The notes below the pieces were generated by a model. That model saw only the letters and a list, made by a program, of their open reading frames with translations. It had not been told where the DNA came from and ran no database searches. A program made the translations under genes and the position numbers. From contig VJWM01000007.1 in NCBI GenBank assembly GCA_010909165.1, forward strand, positions 620,001-684,000: a stretch of 64,000 nucleotides of DNA, read 5' to 3'. The stretch's first letter is position 1. Every line of letters begins with the position of its first letter. The stretch is from Anthoceros angustus (Eukaryota > Plantae > Anthocerotophyta). Shown here one piece after another: positions 47,706 to 59,610 of the stretch.

Positions 47706-48826
47706 AAGCATATTTTCATGATCCTTGGAACCGTGTCCGTCGTTTTGGGACCGTCGTTTTCCTGCGATTCTTTCCTGGCTGTGGAAACGAGGCTGTAACG
47801 TTTACTTCGCACATGATCCGTAGCGCTCCTGGCGTGGCCTTCTATCCTTGACCGCTTGCCATGCATACGCGAGAACAACCGTGCACGGACGTGCGATACA
47901 AAACCGTCTTTATTCTATCTGTATGTACCTGTTTAGCGTTGCTGTGCCATATGTTGGCGTATTCTCATTCGACCGAATTTTGCTCTCGGTCGTAACTGCA
48001 GCATCGACCATGTAGGCGTTGTCGAGCTTCCCATTGGACAATCCTGCCCTACCTACCCCACAGTTAAAGAATTCGCAGTGGTTTACCTCATTGTGTGGTC
48101 CTAATTGCTCACAGGCCTCTTCTAGGGTAGGGGTCATGGCAGAAGCATCCCCGGGTTACCGCTAACTTCCATGCCTTCAACTCCAAAAAGAAACGGAGAC
48201 TCAGTGCTGCCAAGTGGCAAATTTGCCAAATAGGTGTGTGAGAGGAAAAAAGTAGAAAGGCAGGAGAACCGAAATCGGCAGCGCATGTATGCACTTGGCA
48301 CGAGGTGTGTTTTGTACATATGTAGTTATGAGACTAAAGGCCCTGACTTAAAGGGCGTCCAGTACAATAGCTTTAAACGTAGGTAGATATCTATTTTGGT
48401 GACTTTTCAAAGAAATAATGGTGGTGTGAGTTCGTGGAAGGACGTGAGAAACGGCAGAAACCGAGGGCAGTCCGTCCCCCACCATCACCGGTGCGGTGTT
48501 CGCACGACTCGGAGTCGTCTTGATGCTCTGTACTGACTCACTGATGCGGAAGAAGTGATTGCTGCCTGTTGCTTGTTGCTGCGCACTAGCTTGGAACCTT
48601 GGCTGTGGCTATGCAAGAGGGAAGTGGCAGTGCAGATCCGTGGTAGCTACCGGGGATCGGCTCAACGCCGTTCAGCGCCTTTTGCGCTGTCCCTGTGGTG
48701 GCTACCCTGCCCAGGTACGACTTTCAACCTTCCTGCCCCTGCTTGGCCTGGTTTCCGGCTTGCTCTAGGGCTGCTGGCTAGGCTCCGCAGGTCGGAGGAG
48801 CAGCTCGAGCTTGGCCGTTAGCAGAC

Positions 48827-49897
48827 ATGGCAACGGGTGGCGGCAGTGCTGCTGGGCACTCCAATGTTCTCAGGAAGGTGCTTCTAAGTTATTTGTATGT
48901 GGGGATATGGATCAGCCTGAGCTTTGCGGTGATCGTTTTCAACAAGTACATCTTGGACCGGAAATTCTACAATTGGCCCTTCCCTATTTCGCTGACCATG
49001 ATTCACATGGGGTTTTGCTCCAGTCTGGCTTTCCTGTTGGTGCGAGTCTTCAAGTTCGTGGAGCCCATCTCAATGACTCGCCAGTTGTACATGTCCTCTA
49101 TTGTACCCATTGGTGCACTTTATGCGCTGTCGCTATGGCTGTCAAACTCGGCTTATATTTACTTGTCAGTGTCTTTTATTCAGATGCTGAAAGCGCTTAT
49201 GCCTGTGGCTGTGTACACAGCCGGTGTTTTGATGAAGAAGGAAATCTTCAAGGGACAGACTATGGGTAACATGGTGTGCATCTCACTGGGAGTTGCCATT
49301 GCTGCTTATGGCGAGGCGAAATTTGATGTCTGGGGAGTGACTTTGCAGCTTGGTGCTGTTCTTTTTGAAGCAGTAAGGTTGACTTTGATTCAGATTTTGT
49401 TAACGTCGAAAGGAATCAACCTGAATCCCATCACTACTCTGTACTATGTAGCCCCTTGCTGCTTTGTGTTCTTGGCTATTCCATGGACATTTGTGGAGCT
49501 CCCTGTGCTGCGGGAAATATCCACTTTTCACTTTGACTATGTTTTGTTTGGGGCCAACTGCGTCTGTGCGTTTGCTCTGAACCTAGCTGTATTTCTTCTC
49601 GTTGGGAAGACCTCGGCTCTTACCATGAATGTCGCAGGCGTAGTCAAGGATTGGCTGCTCATTGCCTTTTCATGGAGTGTGATCATGGATAGGGTGACTA
49701 CTGTTAATCTTATTGGTTACGGTGTAGCTTTTCTCGGAGTTTGCTACTACAACCATGCAAAGCTTCAAGGGCTTAAGCTGAGAGAAATGCAGAGGAAGGG
49801 CGGTGAGGGTGATGAAGAGACAGTAGCTTTGGTCGAACAAAAGTTGGAGAGGAAGGAGGATGCGAACGGCATTTTAGGGCGGAAAGCAGACACGTAG
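48827..49897 (+). CDS. Nucleotide-sugar transporter of the TPT/NST family, UDP-arabinofuranose transporter (UAfT)-like, single exon
   Basis: 356-aa ORF; [66 protein letters not shown]. Confidence 0.92.
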   Translation: MATGGGSAAGHSNVLRKVLLSYLYVGIWISLSFAVIVFNKYILDRKFYNWPFPISLTMIHMGFCSSLAFLLVRVFKFVEPISMTRQLYMSSIVPIGALYALSLWLSNSAYIYLSVSFIQMLKALMPVAVYTAGVLMKKEIFKGQTMGNMVCISLGVAIAAYGEAKFDVWGVTLQLGAVLFEAVRLTLIQILLTSKGINLNPITTLYYVAPCCFVFLAIPWTFVELPVLREISTFHFDYVLFGANCVCAFALNLAVFLLVGKTSALTMNVAGVVKDWLLIAFSWSVIMDRVTTVNLIGYGVAFLGVCYYNHAKLQGLKLREMQRKGGEGDEETVALVEQKLERKEDANGILGRKADT

Positions 49898-50362
49898 GCT
49901 TTAGACTTCAGGGTTCTCAATCCCTGGTTGTATTGGTTTAACCAACAGCCCTCTCATTAGTCTTTTTGTCAGCGTAGTAGTTTGTAGGTACAAGCGTTTC
50001 TGCAGAAACAGTCTCCTCACGGTGCTCCAAATCAGTGTAATCCCAGGGCATTCCAATTTCTGCAGCTGCTACAAATTATTTATAGTTGGCGTGGTTCTGG
50101 GACACCTAGTGTCAGGTACTCACCTGGTCGCGTGTTTTTCCAGATGGTGGGCTGTTTTCTTGTTATGCGTTGTTCAACAGCTAGCTAATGTCATCTACAG
50201 CCTTTTTGTCCACGAAGGATCTCTGGTTAATTGCTGAAACGAACTGGAGGCGCTCAACCATGTCAGTGTTCCTAGTAGCTAGGTCAGATAGATATTTGAC
50301 TGTAGGGCGACGATCCCCATAAGCATGTTACAGCGAATAGTAGTCTACTTCTATACTCTCAA

Positions 50363-52568
50363 TTACATCGGAATCGCAATGCACTGACCGGATCGAAAAG
50401 CTGGGGGAGATAAAAGCCTCAAAATCAGCTGTTCTAACCGTTGGGACCCTAATCCAGGGTTCAAAATGCTATAATCTCCAACCACCGAGCAGGGATCTCC
50501 ACCTCCATCCGACTCACCTTTACACCATCCACCTGGAGTGAACCGGTTAGGAGCCCGTCCTAACAACTCCACGTCTATTCTATCTAAAACCGGATCGTCT
50601 ACGTCAAACTTCCGAGCAAAAGCAGCGCCGCTCTCTGTCATGTTGTAGAAATGCTTGACACCAAGCGACAGTGGATGTTGTTTCGGAGGGTTGTCCCATG
50701 CTATATAATGTAGGTCATGGTTGACAGTAGTGTTCCTGAACTCCCGAGTGTTGCAGATAACGCTGTGAAAGTAGCCCTCAGGTGAAGAAACAAAGTTTGT
50801 ATAGTACATGAGAACAGTCCGAGGAAGATTATCCCAACCCATAATACAGAACTCCATGAAAGATCGTGTCAACGCCACCCAGGCGGAGCCTGAAAGTTGG
50901 ATGACGAGAAACCCGCCAATTTGTAAGTCAAACCGAGAGGACTCGTGAGAGCAATCAAAGGTCGAGGGAACAAAGACTCGCTCACATTCGGGCTCGGCGG
51001 CTACATACCTGTGAATAAGCGGAAGGCAGTAGGCAAAGGCCGTCTCTGAGTCACCCAGAAAATATCGCTCTTCCTTGACATGTACAAACCGGGATCAATG
51101 ATGATGGGTTTCGCCCTTTGAAACCTGCACATAGAAGAGGCGAGGCTCAACCCTGAGATTACCTCTTGAAAACTGGTTCCTATTCTGGCAGGAATGGGGA
51201 CTGTAAGATCATTGCCCATCAGACTGAACACCCTGATGGCAGGCAGGTTGCTCAGCGTATCAGGTAAGTGTTCTGCTGCGCAAGTCCAGCCATTGGAGAG
51301 ACTTACAAATCCCACGAGAATTAGGGATGCTGCCGCTAAATCTGTTCTAAGACAATGACATGAACCGCAGGTTTTGAAGAGTGCCTAATCCCGCTATACC
51401 GGCCCTGTAAGCTGGTTAGCAGAGAGACCATAGATCTGCAATGAAGGCACTTCAGACTCAGATGGGACTGATGGGAATAAAACCGTGAAATAGGTTGAGA
51501 GACAGATGTAAGGTGATGAGTTTCAGGAGAAAGGAGCCCACGTCAGATGGTACGTAGTCAGTAAGACGAGGGAAAAAGCTGGCTGACATAAGTGGGAGGT
51601 ATCCAACCCATCATGCTGTTTTGAGAAAGGTCCAGAATGGAAAGCTGGGTGAGCGAGTGTATGTTGAAGGGGATGGCACTGGATAAATTGTTGCGGGAAA
51701 TGATGATGTTTTGGCTAGGTTGCTACAGTTCCCAAGGCTATCAGGTATGACCCCTGTTGAACTATTAAGACTTCCCCAAGTTAACCGCCTGTAATGGTTG
51801 CAAGGAAGGAGAAGGAGAGTTCAATCAGCACTCTACTAGGAGAGATAAGAAGTGTGAGCTTACGCCTTCCAGCCGATGTCACTGGTATGCTCGATGAAAT
51901 TGAGATCCTTGGGCAGGTAAGAGAGCACATGCAGAAGATCTGCCATTCAAGCAAGCACAATTAAACTTTGTGGTGAGAAAATTGAACACGGAATCGGGAG
52001 CAGAAAGGAATGACAAGACAGGGAGCAGGAATATACCATCTTGAGTAATAAGAGGGTAGTCGGAGGCGCTCAAATTGATAAACCAATCCCAGTCTTGGCT
52101 TTGCTTAAGCAAAATCGCAGCCGCATGCAGGGTAGTAGCAATCATGGAGGGCCCTTTGTAAGTGACCAGATTCGCCTTGCCTACAACGTGCACGTTGTCA
52201 ACCTCCACAAAGGTGGGATCCAGCCTGACATACCTGGCCAGATCCACTCTCTCCTTGGTGGGTGCTTCGAGATCTAGGTGCAAAACATAGTGGTTCCTGG
52301 GGTGATAAATAGCCTGCAACACCCTTCTCATCCGTTGCCCGTCACCCTTGGTACCTGAGATTAAGTAGGCCAACCTGGGGGGAGGCGGGAGGTCCGCGGA
52401 CGGCAGTTGCACCGCTTTGGATGCTGTTTGCTCATCTACGGAAAGGTGGGGCCGCGGAGAGGAGCTGACGCAGTGTGAAGCGGCCCCGAAAGTGAGAGTG
52501 GCGGCCAAGAAGAGGACGAGGGATATGACGGAGCTGGCTATCAAGGGTAAGAGCCACCTCCGTTCCAT
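50363..52568 (-). CDS. GT14 core-2/I-branching beta-glucuronosyltransferase (GlcAT14-like), paralog 1, four coding exons
   Basis: PRLAYLISGTKGD, YHPRNHYVLHLDLEA, WDWFINLSASDYPLITQD, GWDNLPRTVLMYYTNFVSSPEGYFHSVICN, FARKF. Confidence 0.93.
51155..51820 (-). pseudogene. Degenerate plant-specific LRR gene fragment inserted in intron 2 of GT14 paralog 1
   Basis: TGVIPDSLGNCSNL, IIISRNNLSSAIP, LTQLSILDLSQNSMMGWIP, LITLHLSLNLFHGFIP, GLSANQLTGPV, LRFMSLS*NRFSGSIP, IRVFSLMGNDLTVPIP; absent from the homologous intron of paralog 2. Confidence 0.88.
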
Positions 52569-52998
52569 GGTGACCAACCCTAAAGGCATTTGAAAGAGCT
52601 TCGTCATGCCTATCCACCATGTGTGAGGACCTGCGTGAAATGCGAAGGAGAGGGCAAAGCAAGGTGAATTGGCAGACACGGAGGCGTGGATGAAAACGGG
52701 ATTTCAAGCACGGCCACACGAGAATTGATTACCTGGAGAGCTCTGCATGAGCAGCAGGAAGTCGGAGGCTCCGGTTGCTCAGGTCCGGAGCCGCGCACAG
52801 AAGCAAGTGTCCAAAAGCAAGCTGCTACGCCAAACAAAGGCCGGGCCGGAGGTGTATCAGAGAGGAAGGCGGATCTGCCGACGGCGGGGATGCAGCGCTG
52901 CAACACGAATAAGATTGCGGTGGCGAGGGAGTGGCACGGGCAATCTGAAATGCCAGCTGGGACCGTCGGGGGAGCTGCAAATGCCGCACCTGTGACTG

Positions 52999-53042
52999 TC
53001 GTTGCCGCTAAACAGCAAGGTACGCGGCGTTAGCAGCAACGA
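52999..53042 (-). other. 13-bp stem-loop upstream of GT14 paralog 1
   Basis: Minus-strand UCGUUGCUGCUAA pairs with UUAGCGGCAACGA (one G-U); 18-nt loop. Confidence 0.6.
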
Positions 53043-54069
53043 AGTGAATTGCGGAATCGCGTACAGTATTTGAGTAAGAAAGACAGGGGGAGCAAGTCCC
53101 CGGGCAACTGCCTCCACGTGGAGGCAATAAAATAACGCTTTCAAATGAGGATTTTCCCTCTCCGGTATATCTTATTCCTCATTGGTCATGAGAGTCGAGC
53201 GACGAGGCGAGCCTCCCGTGGGGCGTGGCGTGCAGCCCTAACGCGAGCGGCCCCCTGAGCCGACAGCACCTGGACATGTAAGTGGGGCCCTGCCTTCACA
53301 TATCTTCTTGTCTAACGCTACATCCACGCCTTTCGGAATGATTGTCCAATAGCTCTCTACATACGTGGACGATAAAGTAGAGTAAAGGTGCAGATCAATA
53401 TGTGAGAATCTTAACTTTTGCCTTGGATGAGTGTCTACCATTACAATGTCCGCATTAGACTAGACCTAAACCTCAAACCAGAGAAATAATAACAGGGGTT
53501 AATTAATTATTAATATTAATAAAAACTTTATCTGTATAGGTGTAGACTTCAACCCTTTTGGGCAGCAAATGAAATAGTCCTCATCACCAAGGTCGTCCAC
53601 TTCGGGTTTTGGTTACTTCCGTAGCAAAGCAGACTAGCTCCGTTACTAAGGGCATATGCCTTGCTTCTAATCTTCTAATCCAGAAAGCTTGGGATTTGAT
53701 AAAAGCCAGGTGGGAAATCTCATCTACCCCGATACGAAAGGGAACAACCCTCATGAAGGCACCAGACCAAGGAGGACTAGCTCCCGATAGTAGGTAAGCC
53801 CTTTCTCATTCCATACTACAAAATATGTTGACGATTGGTAGCCTCAAGGTAGATCTCCGCGTTTTTCACAAGGCAATATTTATAGTCATATTATGGAAGA
53901 AGTGGTCTCATCTCCCGATAAAACTCTTACCTAGAATACATATATCTAAGGCGTTCAACCATGTCAAATGTTCCCAATAACATGGTGAGATGGATAGCCG
54001 ACCGTTGGGTCCACCTCCATAAAACATGTTACTGCGAGGTGTAATCTCCAATCTATAATCACGACTAGT

Positions 54070-55628
54070 CTATGTCGCCATGCATTGACGAGATCGGAAA
54101 GCTGGGGGATGTAGAAGCCTCAAAATTAGATGTTCCAACCGTTGGGAACCCGGTCCCGGGCGTAGTACGCTATGATCTCCTACCACCGTGCATGGATCTT
54201 TACCTCCATACGAGCCACCGTTACACCATCCACCTGGAGTGAACCGGCCTGGAGCCCGTCCTAACAATTCCTTGTCTATTCTGTTTAACACGGGATCGTC
54301 TTCGCGAAACTTGCGAGCGAAGGCAGCGCCGCTATCTGTCATGTTGTGGAAATGCGCGTCACCAATGGACAGTGGATGTTGTCTCGGAGGGTTATCCCAT
54401 GCTATATAATGTAGATCGTGGTTGACAGTGGTGTTCCTGAACTCCCGAGCGTTGCAGATAACGGTGTGAAAGTAGAACTCAGGTGAGGAAGCAACGGATC
54501 CAAAAAACAAGAGAGCCGACCGAGGAAGATTATCCCATCCCATAATCGTGAACTCTATGAAAGATCGTGACAGCACCGCCCAGGCCGAGCCTGAAAGTTG
54601 GATGACAGAAACCCGCCAATTGCAATTCGTAAGTGAAACCGAGACGACTCGTGACAGCAACGCAAGGTAGGATTACAAGTAAAACGAACCCAAACTCTTT
54701 CGGGCTCGACGGCCGCATACCTGTGAATACTCGGAAGGCAGTGGGCATGGCCCGGGACAGACGAGTTTCCCATAGCTCGGTCTTCCTCGACATGTACAAT
54801 GCGGGATCAATCACGATAGGTTTTACCCTCCTATGCCTGCACATACAAGACGTGAGACTCAACCCTAGGCCTGGGTCAATTACCCGCTCTACAGTACCAG
54901 GCTGGGAGAAGCAAGAAGTGTAGGCTTACTCCTTCCACGCGAGGTCACTGGTATGTTCAATGAAGTTAAGATCCCTGGGCAGAAAAGAAAGCACGTGCAG
55001 AAGATCTGCCATTCAACGACAATTAAGCTTTGTGGTGAGAAGATCGGACACGGAATCGGGAGCACAAATGAAAGACAAGCCAGAGAGCAGACAAATGCAT
55101 ACCATCTTGAGTCATAAGAGGGTAGTCGGAGGCGCTCAGATTGATAAACCAATCCCAGTCTGCGCTTTTCTTGAGCAGAATCGCAGCGCCCTCCAGGGTA
55201 GTAGTAACCATGGACACCCCTCTATAGGTGACCGGATTCGACTTGGTTATAACGTGCACGTTGCCAACCTCCTTGAAGGTGGGATCTCGCCTGACATGAA
55301 CGGCCAGATCCAGCCTCTCCTTTTGGGGTGCTTCAGCATCTAGGTGCAAAACGTAGTAGTTCCTGGGATGATAAAGGGCCTGCAGCAACCTTTTCATCCG
55401 TTGCCCGTCACCCTTGGAACCTGAGATCATGTATGCCAACCTGGGGGCCCGGGGAGGCGGGAGCTCCGTAGACTGCAATCTATGCACAGCTTCGGAAAGG
55501 CTGGGGAGTGCAGCGGATCCTGAGCTGACGCTGGGTGAAGCGGCTCCGGAAGAGGGAGTAAAGGCCAACAAGAGGACGACGAATATGAAGGAGCTGACTA
55601 CCACAGGTAAGAACCACTTCCGTGCCAT
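54070..55628 (-). CDS. GT14 beta-glucuronosyltransferase-like, tandem paralog 2
   Basis: Same exon structure and motifs as paralog 1; 5' and 3' flanks are also homologous. Confidence 0.9.
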
Positions 55629-55941
55629 GCTGACCCACCTAAACGACCATGAAAGGTGACCTTCTTCACGGAAATCCGCCATGTCTCAGTCTAGACCTGC
55701 GAAAAATGAGCAAGAGAGGGCAAATCAAGGTGAATCATTGGCAGACACGGAGGCGTGGATGGAATTAAACGGGAAAGCACGGCCACACGGGAATGAATTA
55801 CCTGGAGAGCTCAGCATGTCTAGCAGCGAGTCCGAGGCTCAGGAGGCTCAGGTTGGGAATCGCAGCGATGCAACAAACACAAAAATTGCAAGGCCAGCTG
55901 CCACCGTCGTGGGAGCTGGAGATGCAGCACCTACGACAGTT

Positions 55942-55980
55942 GTTGCTGCTAAACAACGAAGCATATGGGTTAGCAGCAAC
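55942..55980 (-). other. 11-bp perfect stem-loop upstream of GT14 paralog 2, homologous to 52999-53042
   Basis: GTTGCTGCTAA ... TTAGCAGCAAC with a 17-nt loop of different sequence. Confidence 0.6.
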
Positions 55981-56490
55981 GAAGAGTATGGAATCCCGTA
56001 GGTCTTTATAACGAGAAGCTGGAAGGGAGAGTCTGAGGTCTGAGGGCAACTGCCTCCATAGGAGACCATAATATGGAAATCTGCTTTCTAGGATTTTCTT
56101 GCTTGGATATTTCTTATTTCTGATTTTGATCAGACGATGGGAGCCTCCCCTCAAGGCGTGCAATCACGTAGAGCTCTAAATGGGAAGCCCATAGCCATAG
56201 GTGGGGGCATGTCTTTGTCAGGCAGGCTACCTCCAAATCTAGGGATTGTATGCCTAATAGGTAAAGAATATAGTGCCTATCTATCTATGCATATCGATGG
56301 TAGTGTGTTAGGTATGTCTACCTTTCTGTTACGTTCATACCTATGTCATGTTATAGGTAGTGCCAAACCGAAAGTCAAGTTATTAAAATACTAAAATTAA
56401 CGACGACTAGGTAGAGTAACGCTCGAGTCGCGGCTGCCCGGCGCTCGGGCGAACTCGGGGAGTAAGAAGGCGACTGTTCTGCGGGTGGCC

Positions 56491-59400
56491 ATGTCGCGGG
56501 TGGGGGGAATGCTGGAGGCGCTGCAATCGGTTGCTGCATTTAGGAACGATGGCGGTGCCGCCTCCTCCAGTGGAAGCGAGAGGTTCGACATTGACGATCC
56601 CGTGGACAGGAGGCGGCGGTTCCAGAAGGCGCATGGCAAGCATGAGCAGGGGCAGGGGCAGGACCAGGGTCATGGCGACAGCAGGGATCCAAAGCGTGAA
56701 AAGAAGCGGCACAGGAGAGAGAAGCGGCGGAGAAGGGAGAAGGAATTGTCGGAGTCTAGTGAGGAGGATGCACCCCGAGAAAGGGATCGTGGTCGGAAGA
56801 CCAGGGATGCAAAACAAGACGAGGAGCGAAGTCGCCCTAGGAAGAGGAGGAAGCACTCCAGCAGAAGGCGAGACAGCGAACGGTGCTCTCCTCCAGCTGG
56901 ACATTGTGAATCAGGCTTGAGTCCAGTAGAAGTGGTCACTGCTATCCTGCAAAAGTTTTCCAATGTCGGTCGCGATCTGAAAGTGGTAACATGCTCTCCC
57001 TGACCTGGGCACGCGGGAATGTGAGGTCTGTGACTGTGGCTCACGCAAACTCTGCTGGTTGCAGCTTCTTCAAACGGTGGATAACGGGCAGGCCGTGGAT
57101 GTCACTGGTTTACCGAACAAGGCACTGGTTAAGATGTTGGAGAGGTTGTTTGTGTCCTTGGAGCTCAACAAGCTGCGGGACGGAGTGTACTCTCGCCCGG
57201 AGAGGTCCCGTCCGACTATGGAGATCCTGGGATCGTGCTTCGGACGCCATGCAGAACGGGATACTGAGCGTGTCAATGAACGGGCTGTCTCGGAAGACGG
57301 CGAGTCTCCTGAGATGTATGGACCACAGTTGCCTACACCTGCTCAGACGAACGGTCCATCTCCCGTGGTTGCACCTGTTCATGACATGCCTGAGCGCCCT
57401 GAGAAAGAGAGTGAAAGAATACCTGGAGCTTCGGAATCTGCAGGTGAGGTCGCCTCAGATAAGGCGGTCCCAGACGTTAGGCGGAGGTGAGCAGTTATGG
57501 TAGGAGTTGGATTTTATTGTGGCTTTTGGGAAAGCCTGCCTGGTTGTCTTGAGGTTTGAAGACTGTCGGCTGAGGCATGCTTTCGGGTGAGATGTTTTTT
57601 CCTGAAATCCGTTTATGGTGACATTTTGTAGGGTGATGGGACCAGCCATGCCTTCAGCTGACATGCTGACGGCTGCTGCTAAATTGACTGCTGCCCAGGC
57701 TGCTCTAAGGTCAGAGCCTCATCTATCATACTTCTGCAACAATCTGAAATGTATCGCTACTAGCTGTTGCTGATCAGTGGCGATGGTTGCCTTTACAGGG
57801 AGGCAGAGGAAGAGCTGCTCCGTGATCCATTGGTTGGACCAGCTCCAGCTGCTGCTGTTGCTGAGTCGGAATCTGTTAATGAAGCTGAACGGTTTGAAGA
57901 GGTAGACACTTTGTTTTTGCAAGTCAAGGGTTAGCTTCTCACGGAGCATTACGTAATACCTGTCCTGTTGTGCTTAGGTAACTCGACTGATGGCTGCAGA
58001 CGTGGGTGATGCGTATGATGTGCTTGGCGTAAAACCAGATGCCGTGGCTACCACCTTAAAAAAAAGGTGGGTGGCTGTTGAGATCCAAGAGTTTTCTCCC
58101 TGTTCGCTTGGGCCCAGGAGTACAAGCAAGTGGACAACGGTCCTCTTTGTTGAGGTTTCTTTGTCTGGTTGCCTTTTCTAAGAAAAACTGTGGTTTACAG
58201 ATACTGGAAGCTATCGCTGTTGGTACACCCGGACAAATGTGCACATCCTCAAGCTCAGGAGGCTTTCATGAAGGTCAACGGCGCTTTCAAAGACTTGCAA
58301 GATCCTGTGAAAGTAAGGCTTGCCTGGTTGATCCTTTCATGTTAGTCGCATGCTGTTGGCAGCCTTCTGACAGTGAGTTTTGCACTGTTTTACTGTGGCA
58401 GCGGGCAAAGATTGACCAAATCGCTTTGGCAAAGCGTGAAAGGGAAGAGCACGAGGTTACTGAATTTCGAAACCCAGAATTGACTTGAGACCGAGAGAGT
58501 TGATTTTCCGCTTTATATTTATTTTTGCATACTTGACTGTTGCAGACTGAACTTCGATTGCAACGTGAAGCAGCCCACTGGCGCCGACTGAGAGGTCAGC
58601 CCCTCCTACTGAGATTGTATTTCCTGCACTGTAGCAGGAAATTGATTTGTCTTCAATCTGACACTACGAATCTCCATGAACCTAATTGCAGGAGAATCAC
58701 CGCTTCCAGGTGATGAGGTGGTGCTGAAGCAGGAAGCATCCCGTGATGAATGGATGACAACTCTTCCTGATGTCAGACAGGTATAATTTGCTGACACTGG
58801 ACTTACAGCCTGGTTGGGTGAAGGCTTTATGAGGTCAATTGCTGTGTGATTTGTATGATTGGTAACCTCAAGTATGTGTGTCCGTCATGTGTTACAATGT
58901 TTCTGAAGCTTTTGGAAGGTTGTTTTCAAGTGCTGTAATGTCAAAATCACGGAAGTTGGGGTTTTCTTTGGTGCAGGCACACCATAGCTACACCCAGACC
59001 ACGTCTTTCAGCAGGTTTGACAAGAGCCGAGGTGATACAAGTGGTTGGACAGACACGCCTCTTCAGAAGGCCCAAAAAGCAAAGATGCAGTAAGTTTGTC
59101 CCGACTTGTTTATACCGGCAAGTGTTGCAATGATTTGCCTCACATTGGATACTCAATGCACTTCTTGGCAGATATTTGGAAGCTTTCCAGCAGACTGCAT
59201 CGGCAGCTGCAGAGGCAGCTGAGAAGACTAGGCAGCAGGCTCAATCGACAGAAGTTGCAAACCTTGTGGACTCGTACAATCAAAGAAGCCGTCCAGTATC
59301 TCTGCTGAAGAAGCATCAGCAAAGTCAAGCTGTTGAGAAGAAGGCCAAGAAGTCCAAAAATGCAGTGAAGACCAAGAGTGATAGTGATAAAGCATGGGCC

Positions 59401-59544
59401 GAGAATCATCCGTGGAAGCCATGGGATAGGGAAACTGATCTTAGCGCAGGTAGAAAAGCAGTCAACTTGGAACCTTCCAAGCTGCAAGCAGACTCATTGC
59501 AAAATCGGTTTGGGAAAAGTGAAACAATGAGAAATTTTTTATAG
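56491..59544 (+). CDS. DnaJ-domain protein with GPAxP motifs and DUF3752 C-terminus, multi-exon
   Basis: Basic/acidic N-terminus; MGPAMPS, LVGPAPA; J-domain YDVLGV...[16 protein letters not shown]; RDEWMTTLP; [12 protein letters not shown]. Confidence 0.87.
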
Positions 59545-59610
59545 CATGGAGTGGTTTCACACTAAGTAGGTGATTTTACACGAGCAGACGATGCTGTGAG
59601 CGAAAATTTC

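Noticed and set aside
55848-56069. 73-aa uORF upstream of GT14 paralog 2 as a conserved peptide uORF
   Set aside because: The homologous region of paralog 1 has a 1-nt indel and no equivalent ATG, so the frame is not conserved.
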